From the NCBI GenBank assembly GCA_951406725.2, contig OX597814.1, positions 171,182,001-171,246,000 of the forward strand: a stretch of 64,000 nt of DNA, given 5' to 3'. Both the position numbers and the translations under genes were made by a program. Under the pieces are notes generated by a model. It was given only the letters and a program-made list of their open reading frames with translations. It made no database searches and was not told the DNA's origin. Below, one piece after another: positions 31,278 through 45,539 of the stretch; position 1 is the stretch's first letter, and every line of letters begins with the position of its first letter. The stretch is from Octopus vulgaris. Taxonomy: Eukaryota.

Positions 31278-31497
31278 TCAAAATGTGACTTCGTGTGTAC
31301 CGTTGGCGATTTTTTTCTTCTTCCCCTGTCTTCCCTTCTCTGGATCTTTCCTTCTCCTATGTTTCTGACGAAGAGCTCCGCTCGAAACGTTAAACCCTCC
31401 TTCTTACCTTTTTCCTGAGCGTCCAATAATACTATATTTGTTCCACGTCCTCGCGTTGCGTTGTGTTTTTTTGTGCTTTCTTGTTTGGATTAACTAT
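31278..31497 (+). mobile_element. Short Penelope-like terminal repeat with intact minimal hammerhead motif, copy 2
   Basis: gttt-CTGACGA-a-gagc(tcc)gctc-GAA-ACGT-T-aaac at 31361-31395; paralogous to 4728-4944; runs into (TA)n. Confidence 0.7.
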
Positions 31498-31522
31498 ATA
31501 TATATATATATATATATATGTG

Positions 31523-31560
<38 letters not shown>

Positions 31561-31561
31561 C

Positions 31562-31597
<36 letters not shown>

Positions 31598-32225
31598 ATA
31601 TATATATATATATGTAAGCGCATGAGTGGCTGTGTGGGTAAGAAGCTTGCTTCCTGACCACATGGTTCCAGGTTCAGTCCCACTGCGTGGCACCTTGGGC
31701 AAGTGTCTTCTGCCACAGCCTCGGACCGACCAAAACCTAAACCTTGTGAGTGAATTTGGCAGACGGAAACGGAAAGAAGCCCGTCGTACACACACACACG
31801 CACACACACACAGAGTCACATATATATATATATATATGACGAGTTTCTTTCCATTTCCGTCTATATATATAACAAAAGGATGTTATAATACTATTCCACA
31901 GCCATACCAACAATCCAACATACCTCCATCATCAGCTGCCCCACGGATATCATTATGGTTTCGACACCTGGGCAGTACCACTCAATCCAGTGGTGTCAAC
32001 AGCACTAAAGTAAAGTCGTGCGTTTACGTCCCCGTAACATATGGGGTTCGGCAAAAGACACCGATAGAACAAGTACTAGGCTTACAAAGAATAAGTCCGG
32101 TAAATATAAAACAACCGATGTCAAGAAATGTTTGTTGTGTAAATGATTAATATCAGTTTCAACACAGTCGACCAAAGTTTAGATCAGTGGCGACATATTT
32201 TGATCTGTCCTGGTTATCTTTTTGG

Positions 32226-32259
<34 letters not shown>

Positions 32260-32262
<3 letters not shown>

Positions 32263-32550
32263 TTCAATTTTAAATTTTAGAGTAAATTTTGACCGGCCCC
32301 CCTACTTGGTAACAAGGTTGGGAAAGAAAGCATCTTGTTTTGTTCATCATCCTTTAAATCATAGGCAGTTCTTACAGATTTTTATAGTCCCAGATATCAT
32401 GATCATTTGCAGAGTATGAATTAAGGATTTGCATTTTCTTCCCAAGATACCATCCAAGTTCAGCCACACTTTGTTCCAGACAGGTTGGTATGTCTCCTGT
32501 TGCTCCAATAATGATAAGTATTTGAAACTGGAAGTGTATCTTGGATGAAT
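32260..32550 (-). mobile_element. Degenerate 3' fragment of an REL-type non-LTR retrotransposon
   Basis: Minus-strand peptide QILIIIGATGDIPTCLEQ resembles the PIIIGALG motif at 33160-33340. Confidence 0.45.
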
Positions 32551-32654
32551 CTATGAATAAGTACTGGGCTTACATAAGAATAATTCCCGGGGTCGAGTTG
32601 CTCGATTAAAGGTGGTGCTCCAGCATGGCCGCTGGACATACATGTATGTCTTTC

Positions 32655-33065
32655 TCTCTTTTCTCTTTTACTTGTTTCAGTCATTCGACTGCGGCCATGC
32701 TGGAGCACCGCCTTTAGTCGAGCAACTCGACCCCGGGACTTATTCTTTTGTAAGCCCAGTACTTATTCTATCGGTCTCTTTTGCCGAACCGCTAAGTTAC
32801 GGGGACATATAAACACACCAGCATCGGTTGTCAAGCAATGCTAAGGGGACAAACACAGACACACAAACACACACACATACATATATATATATACATATAT
32901 ACGACAGGCTTCTTTCAGTTTCCGTCTACCAAATCCACACACAAGGCTTTGGTCGGCCCGAGGTTATAGTAGAAGACACTTGCCCAAGGTGCCACGCAGT
33001 GGGACTGAACCCGGAACCATATGGTTGGTAAACAAGCTACTTACCACACAGCCACTCCTGCGCCT
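32655..33065 (-). mobile_element. SINE family B, full length
   Basis: Reverse complement of the complete consensus. Confidence 0.9.
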
Positions 33066-33074
33066 ATGTCTTCT

Positions 33075-33340
33075 GTTTTTTTAATTATTATAAATCTTCC
33101 ACTGAGAATGGAGCCTGTTTCCAACAAAGATACAAGGCTCCATCTTTGAGATGTAGCTATTACAGACTTGAAAAAGTCTTGCATATTTTTACTGTTCCAT
33201 TCACAGATTGCACTTGTAATTTACGAATTAGCCGGTCGATTTCTCTTTCTGAAAATCCCAGTTTATCCAATTTCTCCTTTAAGCATTTACCAACAAAACC
33301 TAGTGCTCCAATTATTATTGGTATGAATATGAATTCATAG
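33075..33340 (-). mobile_element. 3' end of an REL-endonuclease non-LTR retrotransposon (CRE/NeSL/R4-like)
   Basis: YEFIFIPIIIGALGFVGKCLKEKLDKLGFSEREIDRLIRKLQVQSVNGTVKICKTF*; short 3' UTR with atggagcct/aggctccat hairpin and A-rich tail. Confidence 0.7.
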
Positions 33341-33346
33341 TCTGTT

Positions 33347-33389
<43 letters not shown>

Positions 33390-34020
33390 GTGTGTGTATG
33401 TATGTATGTATGTATGTATGTATGTATGTATGTATGTATGTATGAATGCATGCATGCATACATGTGTGAATGCATATATATGAATATTACAATATAAAAA
33501 TATAAGAGAATGAAAACAGAATTCACGAGACTGTTTAGCCACTACGATCGTTTTGACCCATCGCAGGTAGGTAAAGCTATACCGGCTTTAAAGTGTATAC
33601 TCGAATATAAAATTATTATTACACAAATAGATATACGTACATACAATATACATACATAAATACATACATACAAACGCGCGCGGAGGCACACACACACACA
33701 CACACAGACACGTATTTATAAAGTGAGCGAGCGATATGACTCAGAGTAGCGAGTGGCATGGGTTTGAGCAAGGTAGATAGATACAGATATGTCAAATGCC
33801 ATACAACATAAATTCTTGGTTCGTTAAAATTCTCTCCTCCTCTAGGACCCAGCTCCATATGAGAAAGGGAGATAACCTCATGAATCGAGAATTCTCTAAA
33901 GCTGACTTGCCAATAAGGAACAGGATTTGCTTAGTTGTCTGGAAGCACGTGCTCTGGGCATGTGTTTCTACCTCAATAGTCATCATCAGCGCAACACTAA
34001 TCTCCTATAGCGAAGGGAGT

Positions 34021-34506
34021 TCATCATCATCATTGTTCGACCGTGGTCGAGACAATGGAATTTACCATGCTACGCCAGACTTCACGGTCCATCATGGCAT
34101 TACGGAGGTCCTGTTGCTGGATGCCTGTATCCCTGGAGATTACATCAGGGTAGGAGAGTGTGCGCCCTCTGGTATTGCGAGCAGATGGCTTCCAGAGGAG
34201 AAGAGTAGAAATTACTTCTTTTGCAGCTCTACAACAATGTCCAGCAAACTGGACTCTCCTACCTTTCACAAGAGATGACACAGGTGGTAGTTTCCCATAT
34301 ATTTGCATTTTGGTTGGATGGCGCTTCCACGAGAGATTTTGAGCTCTCATAAGGAGGCGAGTGTAGGTTCCATCCAACCGCCTCTCAAGCTTCTTTGATA
34401 ACGTCCAGGTTTCTGAGCCATATAGTAGAATTGGTTCGACTGTGGCTTTGAAGATTTCAAGTTTGAAGTCTCTACTTAGATTTGATGACCAGATCTTATG
34501 CATGTC
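34021..34506 (-). mobile_element. 5'-truncated RTE-like LINE, open C-terminal ORF segment
   Basis: KLEIFKATVEPILLYGSETWTL...RRVQFAGHCCR...AMMDREVWR; stop runs into a (TGA)n tail; GGAGTT on both flanks. Confidence 0.85.
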
Positions 34507-35236
34507 AGGAGTTAGACATACAAAAAAGAGCCGAACACAATTATGGACTGGGTAGTTTACACAAATTGAACAAAAATGAATCATGAGAAGTAACTCGAAC
34601 TCGATGTAACCAATGTCAAATACTATACAACAAAATTCTTGGTTTGCTAAAATTAACCCCGCCTCTGGCTGATGTGCCACAATTACCAAACGGAAATGGG
34701 GACAGTCTCCAGATAAAAGAGTGGGGAAAGATGAACTTAGGAATCAAGACTTCCTTTTCCTTAACGCCATGTCAAATTTGGAGAATCCTTGATTCTTGTG
34801 ATTATCTCTCATTCTTATGTAGCGTTGGTCTCTGTTGACAATTGGTTAATGGGATACATCTTGTAGACATAATTTTAATAATTTATGTTGTATGGTATTA
34901 GATATACCTGTATACGTATCGCTGGTCATTCTTAGTTAACTTTTTCTTGGCTCATTTCACACACACACACACAAAACAGGTAAGGGTAAGGAACAGAACA
35001 GGTAAGGGTGATTAGGTGATGGTCTAGGGCTTAGGGGCAGGAGACCCCAGACCTTGGAAAAAAAACAAGAACTTTGGTCGTCTTGCTATAGTCGAGGGCT
35101 CTTCGTTGACGCCCGACACCACTGGGTGGTGGCCCTCGAAGTCGCTGGAAATGGCTATCTCCAGGCCCAAATTCTTGAACGGCTACCAAAGCCTTGTGAG
35201 TAGGTTTGGAAGTCGGAAACTGAAAGATACCCATAG

Positions 35237-35278
<42 letters not shown>

Positions 35279-35341
35279 AAATTTTTAAAATATGCTAAGC
35301 CACTGGTATTAATTGATTAATATCAATTTCTACTCTTATTA

Positions 35342-35401
<60 letters not shown>

Positions 35402-35654
35402 GTGTATCTTTGTATCTGTATTTGTTACCCCATCATCGTTTGACAACCAATCTTGGTGTGTTTACATCGCCATAACTTAATAATAATGTTCGACCTTCGG
35501 GTTCGAAGATGACCATTGACATCATTTGGTGGAACTTAAGGGTTCGGTAAAAGATTCCGATACAATAAGTACCATGCTTACAAAGAACAGGTTCTGGGGT
35601 CGATTTCTTCGACTTAATAAATCTCATGCTACAGTCAAATCAGTGAAGCAAGTA

Positions 35655-35669
35655 AATGAATATATATAG

Positions 35670-35700
<31 letters not shown>

Positions 35701-35957
35701 CACATATATATGTACATATATATATACATAATATATATATATAATATATATATATACATAATATATATATAATATATATATATATACATAATATATATAT
35801 ATAATATATATATACATAATATATATATAATATATATATATACATAATATATATATATAATATATATATATAATATATATATATACATACATACATACAC
35901 ATATATATATGTACATATATATATATAATATATATATATTATATATAATATATATAT

Positions 35958-36006
<49 letters not shown>

Positions 36007-36208
36007 CATACATACATACACATATATATATGTACATATATATATATATAATATATATATATTATATATAATATATATATATTATATTATATATATATTA
36101 TATTATATATATATATATAAAATATACATATATTATTATATTTATATATATAAAAATATATACATATAAATAAAATCTATAATATACTATATTATATATA
36201 TATATATG

Positions 36209-36280
<72 letters not shown>

Positions 36281-36300
36281 GTATATATATACACACACAT
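35655..36300. repeat. AT-only minisatellite/microsatellite block
   Basis: Direct reading. Confidence 0.9.
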
Positions 36301-36989
36301 GTATATATGTGTTTTCATGCGCACATGCATGCTTACATGTATATTACATATTTTCAAATTTTTTAATCGTCTGATATCCAGACTTATATACCCAATATAC
36401 AGATGCACGCATTTCAGCTTCCTGTCAAATTCCTTCTGTCCCCTCACTTCCTTTTGCCTCCGTCAACCCCAACCACCTGACGACGATGTTGTTGATGACG
36501 ATAATGATGATGGTGATGTTGATGACGTTGGTGGTGTTGGTGATAATGATGAACGCTTTCGTCGTCGTTGTTGTTTAAACCAAAAATTCGTTTATGACCA
36601 CTACGTCTTAAATTTTTTTTCGTGTCATAAATGTGCAACAGCATGGCCGCAGAGCAGTGCTTCATAAAACAAATAACGAAATGTATCTAGTTCATTTTTG
36701 CAAGGTATCCTTCCATTCTGTATTTCTTTTTTTTAGCAAATGAGAATCACTGTGAGTGATTGACTAGCTGCTATTTCTAGTGAATTGAACGGTCTCACAT
36801 CAAGCTTTCTACCGCCTGTCGTTCTTGTAATTGTTTAAACCCAGGTCAGTCAACATTAAGATCTATGTACAAAGGCAATCGAAATATAAACAAAACCAGT
36901 GCGCGCGCACACACGTTTTAGTCATGAGACTGCGCCCATGTTGGAGCATCACCTTCAAGAGTTTAATCGAACAAATCTACCCCACTGTC

Positions 36990-37196
36990 TTTTTACTCTT
37001 TTACTTGTTTCAGTCATTTGACTGCGGCCATGCTGGAGCACCGCCTTTTAATCGAGCAACTCGACCCCGGGACTTATTCTATTGTAAGCCCAGTACTTAT
37101 TCTATCGGTCTCTTTTGCCGAACCGCTAAGTAACGGGGACATAAACACACCAGCATCGGTTGTCAAGCAATGCTATAGAGAGACACAAACACACAC

Positions 37197-37273
<77 letters not shown>

Positions 37274-37670
37274 TACGACGGGCTTCTTTCAGTTTCCGTC
37301 TACCAAATCCACTCACTTTGGTCGGCCCGAGGCTATAGTGGGACTGAACCCGGAACCATGTGATTGGTAAACAAGCTACTTACCACACAGCCTACTGCGC
37401 CTACTTGTTTTTCTTTTAAAATCTGATATTTATTGTATCGGTCACTTTTGGCGAACCACTATGTTACGGGACGTAAACAAACCAACACATGTTTTCAAGT
37501 GGGTGTGGGAGACAAAGACCCCTCACACACACACACATACAAGATAGGCTTTTGATACAGTTTCTCCTCTTCCAAATTCAATCAAGCCCGGTGTTATAAT
37601 AGAAGACACTTGCTCAATATGCCGTACTGTAGGGACGAACCTGAAGCTATGTGGTTGCGAAGCAAACTTC
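36990..37670 (-). mobile_element. SINE family B (36990-37400) followed by an older diverged copy (37420-37670)
   Basis: Reverse complement of tail, 3' half and head motifs. Confidence 0.8.
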
Positions 37671-38984
37671 TTAAGTCTGCGCTTCACCTCTTTTTTTCCT
37701 CTCGTGCCACGTTTTTGTCCACCCCCACCCCATCAAGTGTACTCGTCTCATCATAATGCTTGTTGATGATGATGATGATGATATTGATGATGGTGATGAT
37801 GACAGTGGTGAACTAATACAGCTGGATCCTTCGTATTTTAAGATGTTAATGATTGACGAGAGTGAGAGAGCTGCTATTTCTAGCAGGTTTGAATGACAAC
37901 ATAAAAAATACATTCCCTCCGTGTTTGAGATGGACTGGTGTTGAAGAAATGGAGGTAGGAGTGGGTTCGTAGCATGGTCTTTATCATCATCATCATCACC
38001 ATCCACCTCTTCCTCATCGCCATTATCATCATCACCACCATCATCATTATTAATATCATCATGCAGTAAAGAGAGAAATAAGAGGGAGAAGAGAGAGAGA
38101 GAGATGGAGGTGACAGACTAGGAGAGAAAGGAAGTGGAAAGGAAAAGTGATAAATGGAGAAAGAGAAAGAAAGAACGGGAGAGAAAGAGAGAGAGGCAGT
38201 GTGTATGTGTGTGTGTGTGCGTGCGTGTGTGTCTGTATATGTGTGAGAGAGAGAGAGCAGAGGCGGGCAGACAGGAAGTGAGAAAAAATGAAAGGGAAAA
38301 AGGTGGGAGAGAGGTAGAAATAGAGAGAGAGAGAGATACAACCAGACAGTGACTGAGAAAGTGAGAGAGAGAGAGAGAGAGTGTGTGAGAAAGACAGAGA
38401 AGGAGAGAGAGGAAATGGAAGAAATATAGAGACTGGCTGACTGGGAGAGAGAAAGAAAAGAAAGAGCAGGGACGAAAGATAACTATCAATCATTCATACC
38501 ACACGCACACACACACATACACACATATACATAGATATGTGTATGTGTATGTCTTTAAATATATATATCTCTATCTATATAATATATATTTACACTTACT
38601 TACAAATATAAATACACACACACACAAATATCTAGATAGAGGGGAAAATGTGATAGAGACAGTGGGAATGAGATATGGATCTATACAAAGCTTAAACTGT
38701 ATGTATGAATATTGTATATATAAGTTTTAGTTATTTCTGCCGGCTGAATTTAACATGCTGCACACACACACACAGATGAAACACATACACTGAAACACAT
38801 ACACATTGAAACACACACACACAGACACTCACAGAGGCACTTACGCACACACACACACATGCTCTCGCTCTCTCGTTCTCTAACTCTCTCTCTCTATTAC
38901 TCTTTCTCAACATCGGTGTCTGAACGACAAACCTACTGATTTCTGAGCGTGTGTTCGCGCGCGTATGTGTGTGTGTGTGTGTGT

Positions 38985-39002
38985 GTCTTTGCATGTGAAT
39001 CA

Positions 39003-39033
<31 letters not shown>

Positions 39034-39115
39034 GCATGTGAATCAGTGTGTGTGTGTGTGTGTCTTTGCATGTGAATCAGTGTGTGTGTGTGTGTGTCTT
39101 TGCATGTGAATCAGT
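38985..39115. repeat. Minisatellite gtctttgcatgtgaatcag(tg)n, 4 units
   Basis: Direct reading. Confidence 0.8.
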
Positions 39116-39580
39116 ATCAATTGTGTCTTTATATCTGTGTGTGTGTATGTATGTATGTATGTATGTATGCACATACGTGTATCAGTGTCGATGTGTCATT
39201 GTTTGTAGTGTGTGTGTGCAGGGACCTGTATTAAGTGTTATGACTTGTTATATGCGTACGTGTGTGTGTGTGCGTGTATATGTGATGTTATCTGTACGAT
39301 TATACGTGTTAAGTAGCTAGCTATGTTTGTGTGTGTGTATGCGTTATCTGATGAGAGTGGGAGTGGGAGCGCGCGAGCGCGTGTATGCGTGTGTGCACAT
39401 CTGTGTTTGCGTCATGTGTTTATATATATGTATGTGTGTGTGTGTGTATGTTTGTGCGCAATGCAATATATATCCCTTTCGGCGACTGACTTGTAAGACC
39501 AAAGATTGAAACAGTAATGTCGCTTTATCTTACCACAACACCACCGAACAACAACAACAACAACAACAACGACTACTACC

Positions 39581-39652
<72 letters not shown>

Positions 39653-40005
39653 GTTGCTGCTACTATGACGACGATGACCACGACGACGACGACGACGACG
39701 GGACTTATGTGAAATTACCCAGCCGCTCGACCTGCTAGAAATGGCTGTCAAATTACCTTGAATTTACACCGTAAAAATTTTGGAGGAGGAAAAAAAAAAA
39801 AAGGCGATGCATTTCAGAAAATGTGCAACTGTAGGTAGGTAGGTAAGAAGAAGAAGAAGAAGAAGAAAAAGAAAAAACCGATGGAGTTGTCACGGCCGTA
39901 AAATGAAAGCGTTGGATAAATTAGGCTTTTAACTGGATCGGGCTAACTAACCTCGGGTTTAAAAGAAAAACAACACATCAACAACAATATCAACAACAAC
40001 AACTG

Positions 40006-40038
<33 letters not shown>

Positions 40039-40416
40039 TTACTACTACTACTAGAGTTTCATCGAAAAGCAACAGCAAAGAAGCAGTGGTTGGTTGGGTT
40101 TGTTGGTTGGTTGGTCAACAATTCTTCTCTTCTGATGGGATAAGAAAAGAAAAAGAAAAAAGAAAAAAGAAAAAAAAAAAAACAGGAAAAAAAAAAAGAA
40201 ACGGTAAAGACGAAAGCAAAAACAAAACGTTAACAACGAACGAGAACTGGAACAGCAACAGCAGCAACAACAACAAGAACAACAACAACAACAACAGCAC
40301 CGCCACCAGGCTTATATCAATCGTATTTTATAATCGCTATGAAATCTTTTTCTCCTCTCCTTTCCTCCCCGCCCCGCTCCTCCCCCCCTCACTTTCTGTT
40401 ATTATATATCACTTGT

Positions 40417-40452
<36 letters not shown>

Positions 40453-40611
40453 ATTCTTTCTTTTTTTTATTTGTCCGACCTAAACAAACCTTAATCGCTT
40501 TCTCTGTTACACATACATACACTCACATACAGATACATACACGCACATATATACATACATACATATGTAATATATTTTATATACGTTGAAATATGTATGT
40601 ATAACATGCAT

Positions 40612-40658
<47 letters not shown>

Positions 40659-40719
40659 ATATGCATATATATGTATGTGCATGTTATCTATCTACCTATC
40701 TATCTATCTTTCTATCTAC

Positions 40720-40782
<63 letters not shown>

Positions 40783-40783
40783 C

Positions 40784-40878
<95 letters not shown>

Positions 40879-41331
40879 CCTATCTATCTATCTACCTACC
40901 TATCTATCCATCTACCTATCTATCGCATCTATTCTTTCGTTCTTTCCATCTCTCATTCTTCCTTTTCGTGTTCTACAAATCTATTTCGTATCATTCACAA
41001 ACGAAAACAAAAACAAACCGAACCTACCTACCTACCTACCTACCTACCTACCTACCAATCCTCCGCGCCCACCAAGCCACACAGCCTATTCCCACGCAAA
41101 TAAACCAACGAATTTTTGCAAAGGAAACGAACTTTTTAAAACTAACAAGAAACCAAAAATGATTTTAAAACAATCATTGAAACACGACCCAAACTCCTTC
41201 CTTGCTGCTTTCTTCAAGAAGAAGAAAAAAAGAACACGAATGAAGGAATCAAAACAAGCTAGAAGAGAAGAATAGAAAGATAAACATGCGAGTGAGTTGC
41301 AAAATATTACCATAAGAAAACGTGCACGCAT

Positions 41332-41363
<32 letters not shown>

Positions 41364-41381
41364 ATTATATTCATATATATA

Positions 41382-41440
<59 letters not shown>

Positions 41441-41588
41441 ATATATATAATTTATATCTTTATATTATACATATATATATACATATAATTTATATCTTTA
41501 TATTATATATATATATATATATATAATTTATATCTTTATATTATACATATATCAAAGTATCAAAGTATATAATTTATATCTTTATATT

Positions 41589-41636
<48 letters not shown>

Positions 41637-41704
41637 CATACATGCATACATATATACTGTGTGTATTCACCCACCACATATACACTGTATATGTACCTTG
41701 TGTT

Positions 41705-41768
<64 letters not shown>

Positions 41769-42775
41769 AAGGTAACAAGGATGCTAACATGAAGAAATGT
41801 TTATGCATGGGTATATAAGCTGACGTATACAAACATACATTAACACACATACGTACACAACCGACACACACACACTTATACGCATTTGTGAATGTGTGTG
41901 TAGATCCTATAATCGCTTTCGCTGTATGTATAAATATTATAATAGTGTATAACATATATATAAGATGTACATGTTTTATAGAGATATGTACCATATTCAT
42001 ATACATATGTATAATATAAATGTATCTATATATGTACGTATACAGATGTATGTATATAGATATGTATATATATGTATGTATATAGATATGTATGTATATG
42101 TATGTATATAGATATGTATGTATATGTATCTATATATGTATGTAGATATTATCTTTGTCTCTATAATCTGTGTATCTCTGCCCGTCTGTGTGTGTGTGTG
42201 TGCGTGTATATGTATGTGTGTGTGTGTATGTATATATATATGTGTGTGTGTGTTTATATTCATGTTATGTATCTGTTATGTATATATGTACAAAACATTT
42301 TGGACTAAGGTAACAAGGATGCTAACATGAAGAAATGTTTATGCACCTTTGGTGCATACACACACACTCACACACAGACACACAGCACACACATACACAC
42401 ACTCTCCTTCTCTCTCTTTCTCACACACACAACCTCACATACACAAACACACACACACACTTGTGAATGTGCATTTGTGAATGTGTGTGTGTGCAGATCT
42501 ATAATTGTGTGATAGAAAGAAAGAGATATAAGGAGAGATAAAAAGAGAGAGTTACAGAGAGAAGGTGGTGTGATAGAAAGAAAGAGATATACGAGAGAAA
42601 AATAGAGAGTTACAGAGAGAAGGTGGTGTGATATGAAGAAAGAGATGTATATGTATTTAGATATGTATGTATATGTATCTATATATGTATGTAGATATTA
42701 TCTTTGTCTCTATAATCTGTGTATCTCTGCCCGTCTAGGTGTGTGTATGTGTGTGTGCGTGTGTGTATGTGCTTC

Positions 42776-42808
<33 letters not shown>

Positions 42809-43443
42809 CTCTGTGTGTATGTGTGTGTGTGTTTGTTATTTTTTTTCCACAACTCTTTAAACGACTTACTGTTTGCTCTCTTATGCTGCTAAGTTTCCTG
42901 GAATGAGTGTTGGGGGGTGGTGGTGTGTGAGATGATCTCCTCCCCCCCCCTTTGGTGCATACACACACTCACACACAGACACACATACACACACTCTCCT
43001 TCTCTCTCTTTCTCACACACACCCTCACATACACAAACACACACATACACACACACAAATACTTTGTATTACGCATTCAGGGAAGTGTGAAATGTAAGGC
43101 AAAAAAAAAAAGAACAAGAGTGTGAGAGGGTGAGAGAGAGAAGGTGTGATAGAAAGAAAGAAAGATAAGGAGAAAAATAGAGAGTTTCAGAGAGAGATTA
43201 TCTCATCCTTGATGCGCAATGTTACAAAACTTTCGTCCGTTACTGCGTTCGTCCATTAGGGCGTAGCCAAGCGCTTTAAATTCGCCAGTCAAATAGATCC
43301 CGGGTTTGATTCTATCGTATAGTGTGATCGATACTAGGTTCGTGACAAATTTCACCCAAAAGGACCCCCTCAAACTTTCCCCCTCTTTCTCTTTCTCCTC
43401 TGTCTCCCTCTCTGTCCCTTTCTTTCTTTCTTTCTTTCTCTCT

Positions 43444-43486
<43 letters not shown>

Positions 43487-43605
43487 GCTCTCTCTCTCGC
43501 CTCCTTGCTCGCACCAACCGGGGCACAGGTTTTCCACTTTTAACCTCTCAGGACCGGCCAATGCTTTATGAATTTGGTTGACAGAAACTGTGTGGAATCC
43601 ACCCG

Positions 43606-43650
<45 letters not shown>

Positions 43651-43721
43651 ACACACTCACTCACACACACACACACGGACACACACACATACATACATAC
43701 ATACATACATACATACATACA

Positions 43722-43755
<34 letters not shown>

Positions 43756-44162
43756 CGTACACGTACGTATGTATGTACCTGTGTGCATGTATGTGTGTCT
43801 ATCTGCGTTAGTTCTCTCCACCCCTAGCTTCTCGTAAATTTGTGGTTCGACAAAAGCGGACCGATATAATAAAGTACCAAACTTTAAAAAAGTACGTACC
43901 CATGTCGATTTCTTCAATTAAAACCCCTTCAAGGCAAGTACCCCAGCATGGCCGCAGTCCAATGATTCAAACAAGGAAAAGAGATATGTACGTTTGTTGT
44001 ATATTTGTATATCTGTGTATAGGTGTGTATCTATTGTGTTTGTGTTATATATATGTAACATGTAAACACACACAGACACACAAGCACACACATACACACA
44101 CACACACACACACACAATTAAACACACACACACACACACTCACACACACACACACACACTTT

Positions 44163-44589
44163 GGATTTTTCGGTTTGAACATTTTTAATTTTCTACATAA
44201 CTAAAAAATTTTAAAAACTTCGTATACTGGTAGAATGTGTTTATAAAACATCTTTTTCTCTTGGCTTTATTGAAAAAAATTCTATAGTTTGTAAGATATT
44301 TGTTGTTTTTTTCTTCAATTTCTGCAATTTCAACCAATTACTGACGTCTGTTGAGGTAAAAACCATTCTGTGCCGTATGAATATGTCCTCGTTTTAAGAA
44401 ACAGATTGGGTTTATTTACATTTGTGAAGAAAAAAAGATATCTTTCCCCCATCTTTCCCCCCACCCCTAATCCTAATCCTAACTCTAAAACAGATTGAAA
44501 TGCAATAGATCGATACTAAGGTCATAATTATGGGTGACAATTTCATCTGACACCGCTAGAAAAAACTGCCGTTCAAACCGAAAAGATCC
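44163..44589. mobile_element. GGATC-terminated MITE with 8-bp TSD and internal telomere-like repeats
   Basis: TIRs ggatttttcggtttgaac / gttcaaaccgaaaagatcc; TSD cacacttt/aacacttt; cccctaatcctaatcctaactctaa near 44465. Confidence 0.85.
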
Positions 44590-44937
44590 AACACTTTCAG
44601 TATACTAAAAGGAATTAAAGATTGCCACAGATCAATGATAATTATTTGTTAACTTCTCATGTTTTCTTCAGTGCAGTTCATTTCATTTTGCTATCATTTA
44701 TCGGATAATGCAAATTCATCGCCAAGAGGACAGATATACTAGTGTCTGGAACAGACGCAGCTAATATAATAGGTTTTAAGTAGATGCCACGCAGTGGACT
44801 GAACGGAACCATGCGCAATGGCAGTGTGGTAAGTATTCGCTTACCAAAGATGGTTCCGGGTCAGTACTCTAGCATCGGACCGACGAAAGCTTTGTGAGTG
44901 AATTTGATAGACGGAAACTGGAAGAAGCCCGCCTTGC

Positions 44938-45095
<158 letters not shown>

Positions 45096-45481
45096 GCACG
45101 GCGGGCTTGTATATATTTGTGTGTCTGTGTTTGTCCTCCCGCCATCGCTTAACAGCCGATGCAGATTGTTTACGTCGCCGTCATCTAGCGGTTTGGTAAA
45201 AGAGTAAAGAGAGAGTATATATATATATATCTTCCACACTTTTATGTCACACTGATTTCACTCGAGGTTAAAGCTATGGGTTACTCTGCCGTTTAGCATG
45301 TAAGTTCTGTGCTATCAGTTTATCGGATAATGCAATATTCATCGCCACAACTGACAGAAATCCATTTACTAGTGTGAGAAACAGACGCAGGCGTAGCTGC
45401 GTGGTAAAAAAAGCTTGCTTCCCAACCACATGGTCTCGGGTTCAGTCGCACTGCGCGGCACCTTGGATCAAGTGTCTTCTA

Positions 45482-45539
45482 GGATCTTTTCGCTTTGACC
45501 AATTATTTTAAAAATCTGCCGGTGAAAGTGAAAAGATCC
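45482..45539. mobile_element. 58-bp mini-MITE with perfect 8-bp TSD inside a SINE
   Basis: GTCTTCTA|GGATCTTTTC...GAAAAGATCC|GTCTTCTA. Confidence 0.85.

Noticed and set aside
33796-34278. 160-aa plus-strand ORF
   Set aside because: Largely antisense to the RTE-like LINE fragment
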